Assembly: GCA_013414795.1 (NCBI GenBank)
Contig: CP058732.1
Span: 1,161,744 to 1,225,743 of the forward strand
DNA length: 64,000 nucleotides
DNA from: Candidatus Kapaibacterium sp.
Lineage (GTDB): Bacteria; Bacteroidota; Ignavibacteria; Kapaibacteriales; UBA2268
Reading direction: 5' to 3'
Below the pieces are notes generated by a model, which saw only the letters and a program-made list of their open reading frames with translations, was not told where the DNA came from and did not search any database. A program made the translations under genes and the position numbers. Below, one piece after another: positions 1 through 8,857 of this stretch. How positions within the stretch are numbered: the first letter of the stretch is position 1; each line of letters opens with the position of its first letter.

Positions 1-147
1 CAAAGAAAAATTCGTTACAAATGGAAATGTCCACTTTATTTATATAGCGAAGAGAAAATAAGAGAACTTTTCAAAGATTTTCCACCAGAAAAAGTTCAGA
101 TTAAAAAAATTCAGCGGGACTACTTTGTTACTTTGCTCTTAGATTGA
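1..147 (+). CDS. 3' end of an upstream ORF (about 48 C-terminal codons, stop TGA at 145-147); product unknown
   Basis: Open frame 1 runs from the window edge to the TGA at 145-147. It is too short to assign a family. Confidence 0.3.
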   Translation, partial: QRKIRYKWKCPLYLYSEEKIRELFKDFPPEKVQIKKIQRDYFVTLLLD

Positions 148-155
148 GGGTTTTG

Positions 156-1055
156 CTAATTCCTCAAAAATAGCATTGCAATTCCAATAACTGCAAGAAA
201 GGCTCCAATTACTGATTGTATTGAAAAGCGTTCCTTTTGGATATATCTTGAAATAGGAAGCATAAAAATTGGTTGCAACGACATAATTGTGGCTGCAATT
301 CCAACATTGATGTGTGTAACTGCAATAAAACTAAATGTAATTCCAAGATAGGGTCCAATGATAGAACCAAGGACTAAAAGTCCAAGAGTTTTACCATTTG
401 CTAAATTTTTGAAAAAATCACCGTTTATTCTTTTCGAAAAGATACCAATCATAGTCAGCATTAAGAAAGCAGGAAAAATGCGATAAAAAGTAGCAGAGAG
501 AGGATGTATATCATTAATTTTGAATGCATATTTTGTTAGAATGAGCCCGCCAGCTTGACCAAGAGCAGAAAGGATTCCATAAATTATCCCTTTTGTTGTG
601 ATTTTGTATTGGGTAATTTCCTTACCATTTTGTTGGTATACAACGAGGGTGATTCCTGCAAAAGTTAAAATCATTCCAAAGATTCCAATGATTGAGATTA
701 CTTCACCAAAAGTAAAATAGGCGATAATTGCACCAAAAGCGGGATTGCTTGCCATCAGAATCATAGTGTACCTTGGTCCTATTTCTTTGAGAGATTTGAA
801 CAGGAATGTGTCTCCAAGTACCAAACCAACAAATGCACTTAAAATCAGATATATAAGTTGCAAGTTGGAAGTTTGCAATGAAATTCCAAATACTAAACAA
901 GTGAAAAACATTAGGATTGAGGAAATAAACAAGCGCGAGATGTTTAGATTGAAAGACCCTATCCTCTTCACAACAACAGAAAAGACGTAGGGGGAAAAAG
1001 ACCATAATATCGACGCTGCAAGAGCACTTAGTTCGCCTATAAGCATTTTTCGCAA
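156..1055 (-). CDS. EamA/DMT-superfamily transporter (10-TM membrane protein)
   Basis: 299 aa, highly hydrophobic throughout, with two repeated halves of multi-TM segments typical of EamA (RhaT-like) permeases. Confidence 0.7.
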   Translation of the reverse strand: MRKMLIGELSALAASILWSFSPYVFSVVVKRIGSFNLNISRLFISSILMFFTCLVFGISLQTSNLQLIYLILSAFVGLVLGDTFLFKSLKEIGPRYTMILMASNPAFGAIIAYFTFGEVISIIGIFGMILTFAGITLVVYQQNGKEITQYKITTKGIIYGILSALGQAGGLILTKYAFKINDIHPLSATFYRIFPAFLMLTMIGIFSKRINGDFFKNLANGKTLGLLVLGSIIGPYLGITFSFIAVTHINVGIAATIMSLQPIFMLPISRYIQKERFSIQSVIGAFLAVIGIAMLFLRN

Positions 1056-1141
1056 AAAAAAAGTACAAAATTAACTTATTATTGCGACTTTTTTTCTAAA
1101 TTTGTCATTGTCCTTTTTTTGTTTAATTAATCGAGGTAATT

Positions 1142-2314
1142 ATGGCAAGCGTTATTGTCTCTGCTGTTCGAACACCTATTGGTGCTTTTCTTGGTTCTCT
1201 TTCGAACTTCACAGCTCCACAACTTGGTTCAATTGTGATTCGCGAGGCTGTGAAGCGTGCTGGTGTCGAGCCGAGCGAAGTTAGCGAAGTAATTATGGGC
1301 GAGGTTTTGCAAGGTGGTGTTGGCCAGGCTCCCGCACGCCAGGCGGCTATTTATGCTGGTCTTCCAGTAAGTGTTCCTTGTATGACAATTAACAAAGTAT
1401 GTGGAAGTGGTTTGAAAGCAGTAATGCTTGCAGACCAGGCGATTAGATGTCAAGACGCAAAGATTGTCGTTGCTGGAGGTATGGAATCGATGTCCAACGC
1501 CCCCTATTTTGTAAAAAAGGCAAGAACTGGATTCAAAATGGGGAATGTTGAACTTATTGATTTGATGATTCACGATGGGTTGTGGGATGTTTACAATCAA
1601 ATTCATATGGGAAATGCAGGGGAATTGTGCGCAAGCGAATGCAATATTTCTCGCCAAGAGCAAGATGAATATGCAATTATGAGTTACAAGCGAGCCTTGG
1701 AAGCACAAGAGAAAGGATGGTTCGCCGAGGAGATTGTTCCCGTGGTGATTGAAGACAAAAAGGGTAATATTATTGTTGACAAAGATGAAGAGCCATCGAA
1801 AGTGAATTTTGAGAAGATACCGCAACTTAAACCTGTTTTCAAGAAAGATGGTACCGTTACCGCTGCGAATGCATCTTCGATTGACGACGGTGCTGCTGCT
1901 CTTGTGGTTATGGACGAAGAAGAGGCTAAAGCACGAGGAATTAAGCCATTAGCAAGGATTATTGCCCACGAATCCCACGCACAACAGCCAGATTGGTTCA
2001 CCACAGCCCCAGCAAAAGCAATTACCAAAGTTTGCCAGAAGGCTAGAATGAAAGTAGAAGATATTGACCTTTTCGAAATCAACGAAGCCTTTGCCGTCGT
2101 TCCGATTGTGACTTGTCGTGAATTGGGACTTCCTTACGACAAAGTAAATATACACGGCGGGGCTGTTTCGTTAGGGCACCCAATTGGAGCCTCTGGAGCT
2201 CGAGTTCTTACAACATTGATTTATGCTCTTAAAAAAGTTGGCAAAAAATACGGCTTGGCAACTCTTTGCATTGGTGGTGGCGAAGCCAGCGCTATGATTA
2301 TTGAAATGATATAA
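1142..2314 (+). CDS. acetyl-CoA C-acetyltransferase (thiolase II)
   Basis: 390 aa. N-terminus VIVSAVRTPIGAFLGSL, active-site-like NKVCGSGLKAV, and C-terminal GHPIGASGARVLTTL plus CIGGGEASAMIIE are classic thiolase signatures. A GAGGT Shine-Dalgarno lies 7 nt upstream. Confidence 0.9.
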   Translation: MASVIVSAVRTPIGAFLGSLSNFTAPQLGSIVIREAVKRAGVEPSEVSEVIMGEVLQGGVGQAPARQAAIYAGLPVSVPCMTINKVCGSGLKAVMLADQAIRCQDAKIVVAGGMESMSNAPYFVKKARTGFKMGNVELIDLMIHDGLWDVYNQIHMGNAGELCASECNISRQEQDEYAIMSYKRALEAQEKGWFAEEIVPVVIEDKKGNIIVDKDEEPSKVNFEKIPQLKPVFKKDGTVTAANASSIDDGAAALVVMDEEEAKARGIKPLARIIAHESHAQQPDWFTTAPAKAITKVCQKARMKVEDIDLFEINEAFAVVPIVTCRELGLPYDKVNIHGGAVSLGHPIGASGARVLTTLIYALKKVGKKYGLATLCIGGGEASAMIIEMI

Positions 2315-2429
2315 ATCCTATCAATTTCTTTCTATTTTGTTATAAATTGAAAATTCATATGTTGGCGCCTAACGAAATGAGCGTAATTAATATTAATTTT
2401 GTATTTTTGTTTCATAACTGTTGAGCAAT

Positions 2430-3461
2430 ATGAAAGCAAATGTAATAATTAAGAACGGCGGGCCAGAAGTTTTTGAATTCATTGAAAATTATCCAGAACC
2501 CAGCATTGGACACAACGATGTTCTTGTAAATGTAAAGTTTACAAGTCTCAATCGAGTTGATTTGCATCTTAGAAAAGGCTATCCAGGTTTGCAACTTGAG
2601 TTTCCCCACATACTTGGGGCTGACATTGCAGGAGTGGTTGTTGCCGTAGGCTCCAATGTTTCAAACTTTAAAGCGGGAGATAGAGTTGTTGCATATCCAA
2701 TTGTTTTGCCAAATGAATTAGACCCAAAATACAATGGAATGGAACATTTAAATGATAATTGGAAATACTTTGGAATGCATTTAAAAGGTTCTTACGCCCA
2801 ATTCGTTTCGGTTCCCGAGGTAAATCTTGTAAAACTTGACAATAGTAAAAGTTTTGAAGAGGCTTGCACATTGCCCGTTGCAGGCTTAACTGCTTATCAT
2901 TCTGTTGTTTCTGTGGGAAATTTGAAGGAAAATGATGTGTTCTTCTTTTGGGGTGGCTCGAGTGGTTTAGGTGCATTTGCAATTCAACTTGCCAAACTTC
3001 AAGGGGCTACTGTTATTACAACTGTGGGAAATGATAAAAAGCGTGCAGTTGTGGAATCACTCGGTGCCGATTATGTATTTAATCACCATAATGACGATGT
3101 AGTTTCGAATGTTTTGAAACTTTTCCCCAAAGGAGTGGATTTAGTTTTAGATTATGTTGGGAGCGCTACATTTGATAAGTCTTTGGCGATGTTGAGAAAA
3201 AATGGGAAGTTGTTGGTTTGCGGAATGATTACCTCGCCAGAAGTATCCTTGAATTTGCAAAGGTTTTACATCAGGCATTTGAATATTAGTGGCTTATATT
3301 TGGGGTCGCCATCCGAATTCAAAGCCCTTGTGAATTTGTTCAACGAAGGCAAAGTTCGACCAAGAATTGATAAAATATTTGATTTAAAGGACGCACCAAA
3401 AGCGCATAAGTATATGGAGTCTGGCGAGCACATTGGCAAAATTTTACTCGCTGTCGATTAA
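2430..3461 (+). CDS. zinc-type alcohol dehydrogenase-like / NADPH:quinone oxidoreductase (MDR superfamily)
   Basis: It starts MKANVIIKNGGPEVFEF, typical of quinone oxidoreductases. A Rossmann motif GGSSGLGAFAIQLAKLQGA is present. The track ORF begins at an upstream TTG (2421); the ATG at 2430 is the more likely start. Confidence 0.8.
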   Translation: MKANVIIKNGGPEVFEFIENYPEPSIGHNDVLVNVKFTSLNRVDLHLRKGYPGLQLEFPHILGADIAGVVVAVGSNVSNFKAGDRVVAYPIVLPNELDPKYNGMEHLNDNWKYFGMHLKGSYAQFVSVPEVNLVKLDNSKSFEEACTLPVAGLTAYHSVVSVGNLKENDVFFFWGGSSGLGAFAIQLAKLQGATVITTVGNDKKRAVVESLGADYVFNHHNDDVVSNVLKLFPKGVDLVLDYVGSATFDKSLAMLRKNGKLLVCGMITSPEVSLNLQRFYIRHLNISGLYLGSPSEFKALVNLFNEGKVRPRIDKIFDLKDAPKAHKYMESGEHIGKILLAVD

Positions 3462-3489
3462 TAAAATAAATCAAAAATGTTTGTATTTC

Positions 3490-3517
3490 GGAGGCAAGAT
3501 TGCCTCCTTTTTATTTT
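3490..3517 (+). terminator. rho-independent terminator downstream of the oxidoreductase gene
   Basis: Perfect hairpin GGAGGCAAGATTGCCTCC followed by TTTTTATTTT. Confidence 0.6.
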
Positions 3518-3626
3518 CTTAATCTAATTAAATTTATGGCACAAATTTTTCTTTTTAATTTTTCTGATATTTGTAATTCAATTAGTTAATGTAAGTGGTG
3601 ATTATTCGCCAAAATTTAAGTTTGTT

Positions 3627-6600
3627 ATGAATGATGGTAGTGAACTAAAAAATTTAGCCGTTCTGGTTTCGGATGGTAATCCCGAGAACCTTTTCTATAA
3701 GTTTGTTAATTTAGTGAAACAAACTGCTTTTAAAGAAAAGCACTTAAATATTTTTATCTTCATCCGTGATATTTCAGAAAAAAGCCTTATCGAAAAATAT
3801 TTACCACTTTTGCCAGATAAATCTGTTGAACTTTTTGATGTTAAAGAATTCAAAAATGTTTTATCAAAATCAATTAACACCGATTCTATTGGACTTGTAA
3901 CAATTTATTTTGGACAAATTAGTTTACGCCCCGATGCCATTGATTTGTTGTCTTCGTTTTTACAAAACAATAATTTCATTGATGGGGCATTTGCAGATAC
4001 AATCTTATCAATTGATAATCAAAATTATTTCGAGGTTGTCGAATCCAATTTCGCTTCCAATTTCCCTTTTGAGTTTAAGCAAATACCGAAAAATTCGAAA
4101 TTGCTACCAGAACTTTTTGTATTGAAGAAAGAAATTTTTTATAAATTCTTTGAAGACTATGATACAATTTCAAGTTTCAATGCACTTACTTTTGCTAACT
4201 TTCTTTGGGAAAACGAGTTCCAAATCGAAAAGTTAGATTCGATTTTGAGTTCGAAGCCTATCGATTTGTCTGATGGTTTAACAAATGAAAAAATAGAAAC
4301 CCCCATAAAAGAAAAGTGGCTTTTAGAAAGGTTGTCACAAAAATTTGGAAGCAACTCGATACGAACACTTTTTTACAATGAATTAAACAACCTTCCCTAC
4401 CATTTTTCCAATCCCTTTAATGATTTGGTTTCTGTTGTTGTTTTTGATGAAAGTAGAACAAATTCTGTTGAAAAAGAAGTAACACTTAATTCTTTAAAAT
4501 TTCAAAGCCACAGAAATATAGAGATTATTGAGTGCATAGTTGATGTCGATTCTATTTCGAGTGCTTGCAATTTTGTGTCATTGATTGCAAACGGGAAATA
4601 TTTGTTCTTTTTAAATGCTGGTGATGAAGTTTTTTCCAACACATTTGTTGTTTTGATAGAATTATTGAAAGAGAGAGAACAGATTGGTTATGTTTACTTC
4701 GATTATATTCAAGAACAAGAACAAAGAGTAGTAAGAAATTTAGATTTCAGTTTTGAAAAACTTAAAAAATTTAATTTTATACCACATTATCTTTCTTTCA
4801 ATCGTTCCATATTCTTGAAAGGAAATCATTTTGACGAAAGTTTACCATTTGCATATTCTTTTTGGGATTTGCTGTTAACATTGGGTGAAAAAGGAATTTT
4901 TGGGACAAGGTATTCCGAACCATTGTTAAAAGTAAAAAGGATTGGGTCAAATTTTGATACAAAGAATGCCCTTCTGGACGCAAATTATAAGGCAAAGATT
5001 GTTTTAAACCATAAAGACTTGTTCACTCCGATGCAATTCAATTGGGCGAAATCGACATTGGAAGGCGAAAATATGTATGATAATAGTAAGATTCCCATTG
5101 GAATCATTCCAAGCAATTCGCTTTTGACTAAAGTTATTGTAAATAAATATAAGGAGGATAAAGTGGATACTCGAAAGAAAATACTTTTTGTAATGTACGG
5201 ATGGAACGAAACTGGTGGAGGCACAATTTTCCCCAAAAATGTTGCGATTGAATTGGCAAAGCGTGGTTGGGATGTCTCTGTTTTCTATGCCTCTTTAAAG
5301 TACGATCCTGCAATGCCGTTGTATTCAATGGAAAGGAGCCAGGAAGGGGGCGTGAAATTGTATGGCTTGTACAATCGTCCCGCAGCGTTCATCGACCCCG
5401 AAAACCCAAGTCGAGAAACATCCGACCCAATGGTTGAACAAAGGTTTAAAGAAGTTTTGGATGAGGTTGAACCCGAAATTATTCATATTCACAATCTTCA
5501 CGGATTAAGTTTAAGTTTGCCGAAAATTGCAAAGGAAAAATTCAAAGTACCAATTGTCTATACGCCACACAACTATTTTTTGATTGACCCCAAGTTGTAT
5601 ATGATAAATTCGGATTTGACTCTTTGGAAAGATACTGACTTTTTTGCTAATTCAGAACTTGTCAAGCAATTTCCCGAAAAGCGAAAGGATTACGAAAGGA
5701 GGCAAGAACTTGCTAAACAAACTCTTCAAGATTATTTTGATTTGGTATTGGCTGTTTCCCGCAGGCAGAAAGAAATTCTTAAAGAGTTTGCTGGCAATGA
5801 CAAAAATATCATTGTAGTTCACCAGGCGAACAAAATAGTGGACAAACTATGGGAAGACGATAGATTAAGATTTGAAGTTCAAAGAAAAGTACCAAAAAAA
5901 GTTCGCTTTGGTTACATTGGTGGAGTGTTTCCAACCAAAGGAGTTCATAACATCGCAAAAGCCGCTCAATATTTTCTTCTTAGTGATATTGAATTCCATA
6001 TCTTTGGTTTTGTGGGTCAGAAGTATGCAGAACAACTTAATTCAATCGATAGAAAGAAAATGCTCCAATATCATAATGAATATTCTTATGAAAATCTAAT
6101 TTCCATTGCATCTGAAATCGATGTTGGAATAGTGCCGTCGATTTATGAAGATCCTGCTCCTCTTGTTTTGTTGGAAATGAACGCTATGCGATTGCCTGTG
6201 CTTGGGTCGAAAATTGGTGGTATTCCCGACTTCGTTGTTGACGGAGTAAATGGTTTTCTTTTCGAATATGATGATATAGATTCTTTGGTTTCTGCAATTC
6301 AATTTTGTTCATTAAATCCCGATGTTGTTGACTCAATTCGACAACAATTGGAACCAGTGCATTACTTTGTCGATTATGTTTCCCACGTTGAAAAAATTTA
6401 TCTTGATTTGATAGAAAAAAAGGTTAGAAATCCTAAAGATTATGAATTGATTATAACAACAAAACTGCTAAGGAAAAGAAAGGTTAGTGATATAACTTTC
6501 ACTCGCAGGGTTGAGCTGCCAGAAGAGTTTCAAGCAAATTTTGCCAATCTTGGATATGAACTTTTAGATTTGAGAAAGTTAGAGGAAAACGATGATTATT

Positions 6601-8660
6601 CAGTATATCAAGCAGAATTTATGGTGCCAAAAAGTATAACACTCGAAAAGTTTTTTGAAGAAATTGGAACAGAGGCGAAAAGTGAAACTTTTGAAGAAGT
6701 TGTTTCAAAAGAGTTTAATCTTTTTCAAGAAAGCGAAAGCCCTCAATTGGATGAAAAAGTATTTGAATTATCGGATTTGGAGGAAATTTTGTCACCAAAG
6801 GAGGAAATCAAAGAGGAGGTTCATTTTAAAATGTCTCAAAGCAAACATAATGTTGGAATTAAGATTGACAAGTCGAATTTTAAACCAGAATTGAATGTCG
6901 TTTGGGAAGGTTCTCAATTTGTTTACCATTCTCTTGCATTAATTAATCGTGAACATTGTTCGAATTTAATTGATACGAATCTTGTTGAAGTTACAATAGT
7001 ACCATATGAAGCCGATCAATTTCAACCACTTGGAAACCCTAAATACGAGAAGTTAGCCAAAATGGACATTCGGATAAAAGAAGAACCACCAGAATGGATA
7101 AAGAAATTACCATATCTTTGGGTTCGCCATCAATGGCCACCTAAAGCGGAACCACCGAAAGGAGCAAAATGGGTGATAATGCAACCTTGGGAATTTACAA
7201 CGCTACCCAAAAAATTTGTTGATATATTTATGCAAGCAGACGAATTGTGGGTGCCTTCGAACTTTACTCGACAAGCGTTCATCAATAGTGGTATTCCATT
7301 CAATAAAGTTCAAGTTGTGCCAAATGGTGTCGATCCAAATCTCTTCCAGCCAAAAGGTGCAAAATATAAACTTCCAACAGATAAGAAATTGAAATTTTTG
7401 TATGTTGGTGGGACGACATATCGTAAAGGATTTGATATTCTTTTGCAGAGTTATGTTAGTGCTTTTAGTTCAAAAGACGATGTTGTTCTTGTGGTCAAGG
7501 ATATGGGAACTGAATCTTTCTACAAGGGTCAAACGGCAGAAGAGATGATCAATCAAATCAAAGAAGATCCAAATTCCCCAGAGATTATTTACATAAAACA
7601 TTATTTAACCGAAGAAGAAATGGCAAGTCTGTATCGTGCTTGCGATGTTTTCGTTTCTCCCTATCGTGGGGAAGGATTCTCATTGCCAACACTCGAGGCA
7701 ATGGCTTGTGGGCTCCCAGTGATTGTTACCGAGGGTGGTTCAACCGAGGATTTTGTTCTTGACAGCTTTGCGTGGAAAATACCTTCATACAAAATTTCGA
7801 TTGGTACAATGATTGACAAAGATCCTTTGGTTGGGGAAGCGTTCTTGTTGGAGCCAGATGGTGATTTTCTATCTGGTTTAATGAAATCAATATATATGAA
7901 TCCCGCAGATATTGTTGTTCGGGGTATTTTAGCATCTTCTTATGCCAGAACAATTTGGACTTGGAATCGTTCAACTTTGAAACTCCTTTCCAGAATTGAT
8001 GCATTATTTGGAAAGGTTTTGTCTAAAAAAGCCAAGGATATCTTGGTCGATAGAATAGATGCTCAAATACTTCTTGGTAAAGCGGAATCATATTTTGCAG
8101 ATGGTCAACTTGCCGATGCCTATAAAGTTTATCAACAAATTGAAAACAGAATTGAGGAATTAAGTCCAAAATATAAGTTGTTCTACTATTTGCGAATTGC
8201 AGTGATAAACATTTTAAATCAAGATTTTGAGAATGCTTTACTTTATTTGAAGAGAGTTGATAATATTGAGAAAAATCAAATCGATAGTTTATATTTAAAG
8301 TCGAAGATTCTTTATCTGGAAAATAAACTTGTCGAGGCTCTTGAAAGTTACACTGAATTAGTTTCTCGTTGGAATTCCGAAAGGTTCAATTCTGTTATTG
8401 GCAACTCCCTTGACCAAATTCTTGTCGAAATGGCAGATTTAATGCTGATAATGAAAGATGTAGATAGTGCTTTGCAACTGTACACGAATGCAATTAAACT
8501 TAATGAAAAGAAACTTGAAGCCTATATCGGTTCTGCAAAATGTTTCATAGAAGTGAAAGATTACGAAGAAGCCAAAAGAATGCTTGATTGGGCATTGAAA
8601 ATTGAACCAGAAAACGAAGAAGCAAAGTCGCTACTTGATCAAGTGTTGGTTCAAAGTTAG
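3627..8660 (+). CDS. giant multidomain glycosyltransferase: N-terminal GT2-like domain, two GT4 (group 1) domains, C-terminal TPR repeats
   Basis: 1677 aa. The GT2-like region has VVVFDESRT...LNAGDEV. Two separate GT4 C-terminal signatures occur: EDPAPLVLLEMNAMRLPVLGSKIGGIPDFVVDGVNGFLFE and GEGFSLPTLEAMACGLPVIVTEGGSTEDFV. An acidic low-complexity linker separates the halves. The last ~230 aa carry TPR-like repeats (AYKVYQQ..., ALQLYTNAIKLNEKKLEAYIGSAKCF..., EEAKRMLDWALKIEPENEEA). Confidence 0.85.
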   Translation: MNDGSELKNLAVLVSDGNPENLFYKFVNLVKQTAFKEKHLNIFIFIRDISEKSLIEKYLPLLPDKSVELFDVKEFKNVLSKSINTDSIGLVTIYFGQISLRPDAIDLLSSFLQNNNFIDGAFADTILSIDNQNYFEVVESNFASNFPFEFKQIPKNSKLLPELFVLKKEIFYKFFEDYDTISSFNALTFANFLWENEFQIEKLDSILSSKPIDLSDGLTNEKIETPIKEKWLLERLSQKFGSNSIRTLFYNELNNLPYHFSNPFNDLVSVVVFDESRTNSVEKEVTLNSLKFQSHRNIEIIECIVDVDSISSACNFVSLIANGKYLFFLNAGDEVFSNTFVVLIELLKEREQIGYVYFDYIQEQEQRVVRNLDFSFEKLKKFNFIPHYLSFNRSIFLKGNHFDESLPFAYSFWDLLLTLGEKGIFGTRYSEPLLKVKRIGSNFDTKNALLDANYKAKIVLNHKDLFTPMQFNWAKSTLEGENMYDNSKIPIGIIPSNSLLTKVIVNKYKEDKVDTRKKILFVMYGWNETGGGTIFPKNVAIELAKRGWDVSVFYASLKYDPAMPLYSMERSQEGGVKLYGLYNRPAAFIDPENPSRETSDPMVEQRFKEVLDEVEPEIIHIHNLHGLSLSLPKIAKEKFKVPIVYTPHNYFLIDPKLYMINSDLTLWKDTDFFANSELVKQFPEKRKDYERRQELAKQTLQDYFDLVLAVSRRQKEILKEFAGNDKNIIVVHQANKIVDKLWEDDRLRFEVQRKVPKKVRFGYIGGVFPTKGVHNIAKAAQYFLLSDIEFHIFGFVGQKYAEQLNSIDRKKMLQYHNEYSYENLISIASEIDVGIVPSIYEDPAPLVLLEMNAMRLPVLGSKIGGIPDFVVDGVNGFLFEYDDIDSLVSAIQFCSLNPDVVDSIRQQLEPVHYFVDYVSHVEKIYLDLIEKKVRNPKDYELIITTKLLRKRKVSDITFTRRVELPEEFQANFANLGYELLDLRKLEENDDYSVYQAEFMVPKSITLEKFFEEIGTEAKSETFEEVVSKEFNLFQESESPQLDEKVFELSDLEEILSPKEEIKEEVHFKMSQSKHNVGIKIDKSNFKPELNVVWEGSQFVYHSLALINREHCSNLIDTNLVEVTIVPYEADQFQPLGNPKYEKLAKMDIRIKEEPPEWIKKLPYLWVRHQWPPKAEPPKGAKWVIMQPWEFTTLPKKFVDIFMQADELWVPSNFTRQAFINSGIPFNKVQVVPNGVDPNLFQPKGAKYKLPTDKKLKFLYVGGTTYRKGFDILLQSYVSAFSSKDDVVLVVKDMGTESFYKGQTAEEMINQIKEDPNSPEIIYIKHYLTEEEMASLYRACDVFVSPYRGEGFSLPTLEAMACGLPVIVTEGGSTEDFVLDSFAWKIPSYKISIGTMIDKDPLVGEAFLLEPDGDFLSGLMKSIYMNPADIVVRGILASSYARTIWTWNRSTLKLLSRIDALFGKVLSKKAKDILVDRIDAQILLGKAESYFADGQLADAYKVYQQIENRIEELSPKYKLFYYLRIAVINILNQDFENALLYLKRVDNIEKNQIDSLYLKSKILYLENKLVEALESYTELVSRWNSERFNSVIGNSLDQILVEMADLMLIMKDVDSALQLYTNAIKLNEKKLEAYIGSAKCFIEVKDYEEAKRMLDWALKIEPENEEAKSLLDQVLVQS

Positions 8661-8684
8661 TGTGAAAAAGATTTGAGATTTTGC

Positions 8685-8774
8685 GGAAAGGGAGGGATTC
8701 GAACCCTCGGTACGGCTTGTGACCGTACACACGATTTCCAGTCGTGCCAGTTCAGCCACTCCTGCACCTTTCCG
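8685..8774 (-). tRNA. tRNA-Ser (anticodon GGA), long variable arm, CCA not encoded
   Basis: The reverse complement gives acceptor stem GGAAAGG/CCTTTCC, anticodon stem-loop CACGA-CUGGAAA-UCGUG (anticodon GGA), a long variable arm, and T-arm GAGGGTTCGAATCCCTC. Confidence 0.85.
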
Positions 8775-8857
8775 AAACCTCAAAATTACGAATTTTTATT
8801 GAATTTTGTAACTTTATGGTACAAATTTTGTTTATTTTCTTTTGATAGATGCTATAT

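Noticed and set aside
1229-2155. Antisense ORFs inside the thiolase gene, and similar internal opposite-strand ORFs throughout the track (e.g. 9253-9666, 10090-10434, 26284-26604, 36981-37532, 44222-44659, 50208-50771, 53398-54428)
   Set aside because: All lie fully within longer ORFs that have strong family signatures on the other strand. All show low-complexity or Cys/Phe-rich translations typical of noncoding frames.
3533-3549. Interpreting the shared upstream motif as a bona fide sigma-54 promoter
   Set aside because: The -24-like TGGCAC/TGGTAC is present, but the conserved GC of the -12 element at the required spacing is absent in both copies. It is kept as a generic shared motif rather than called as an RpoN promoter.
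6600-6900. Possible repeat region inside the giant GT
   Set aside because: The apparent repetitiveness is an acidic E/K/S-rich protein linker (EEVVSKEFNLFQESESPQLDEKVFELSDLEEILSPKEEIKEEV). It is not a DNA tandem repeat.
8685-8774. tRNA-Ser and tRNA-Arg (23058-23131) as possible genomic-island integration sites
   Set aside because: No integrase, recombinase or phage genes and no duplicated copy of either tRNA 3' end were found nearby. Flanking genes have ordinary chromosomal functions.
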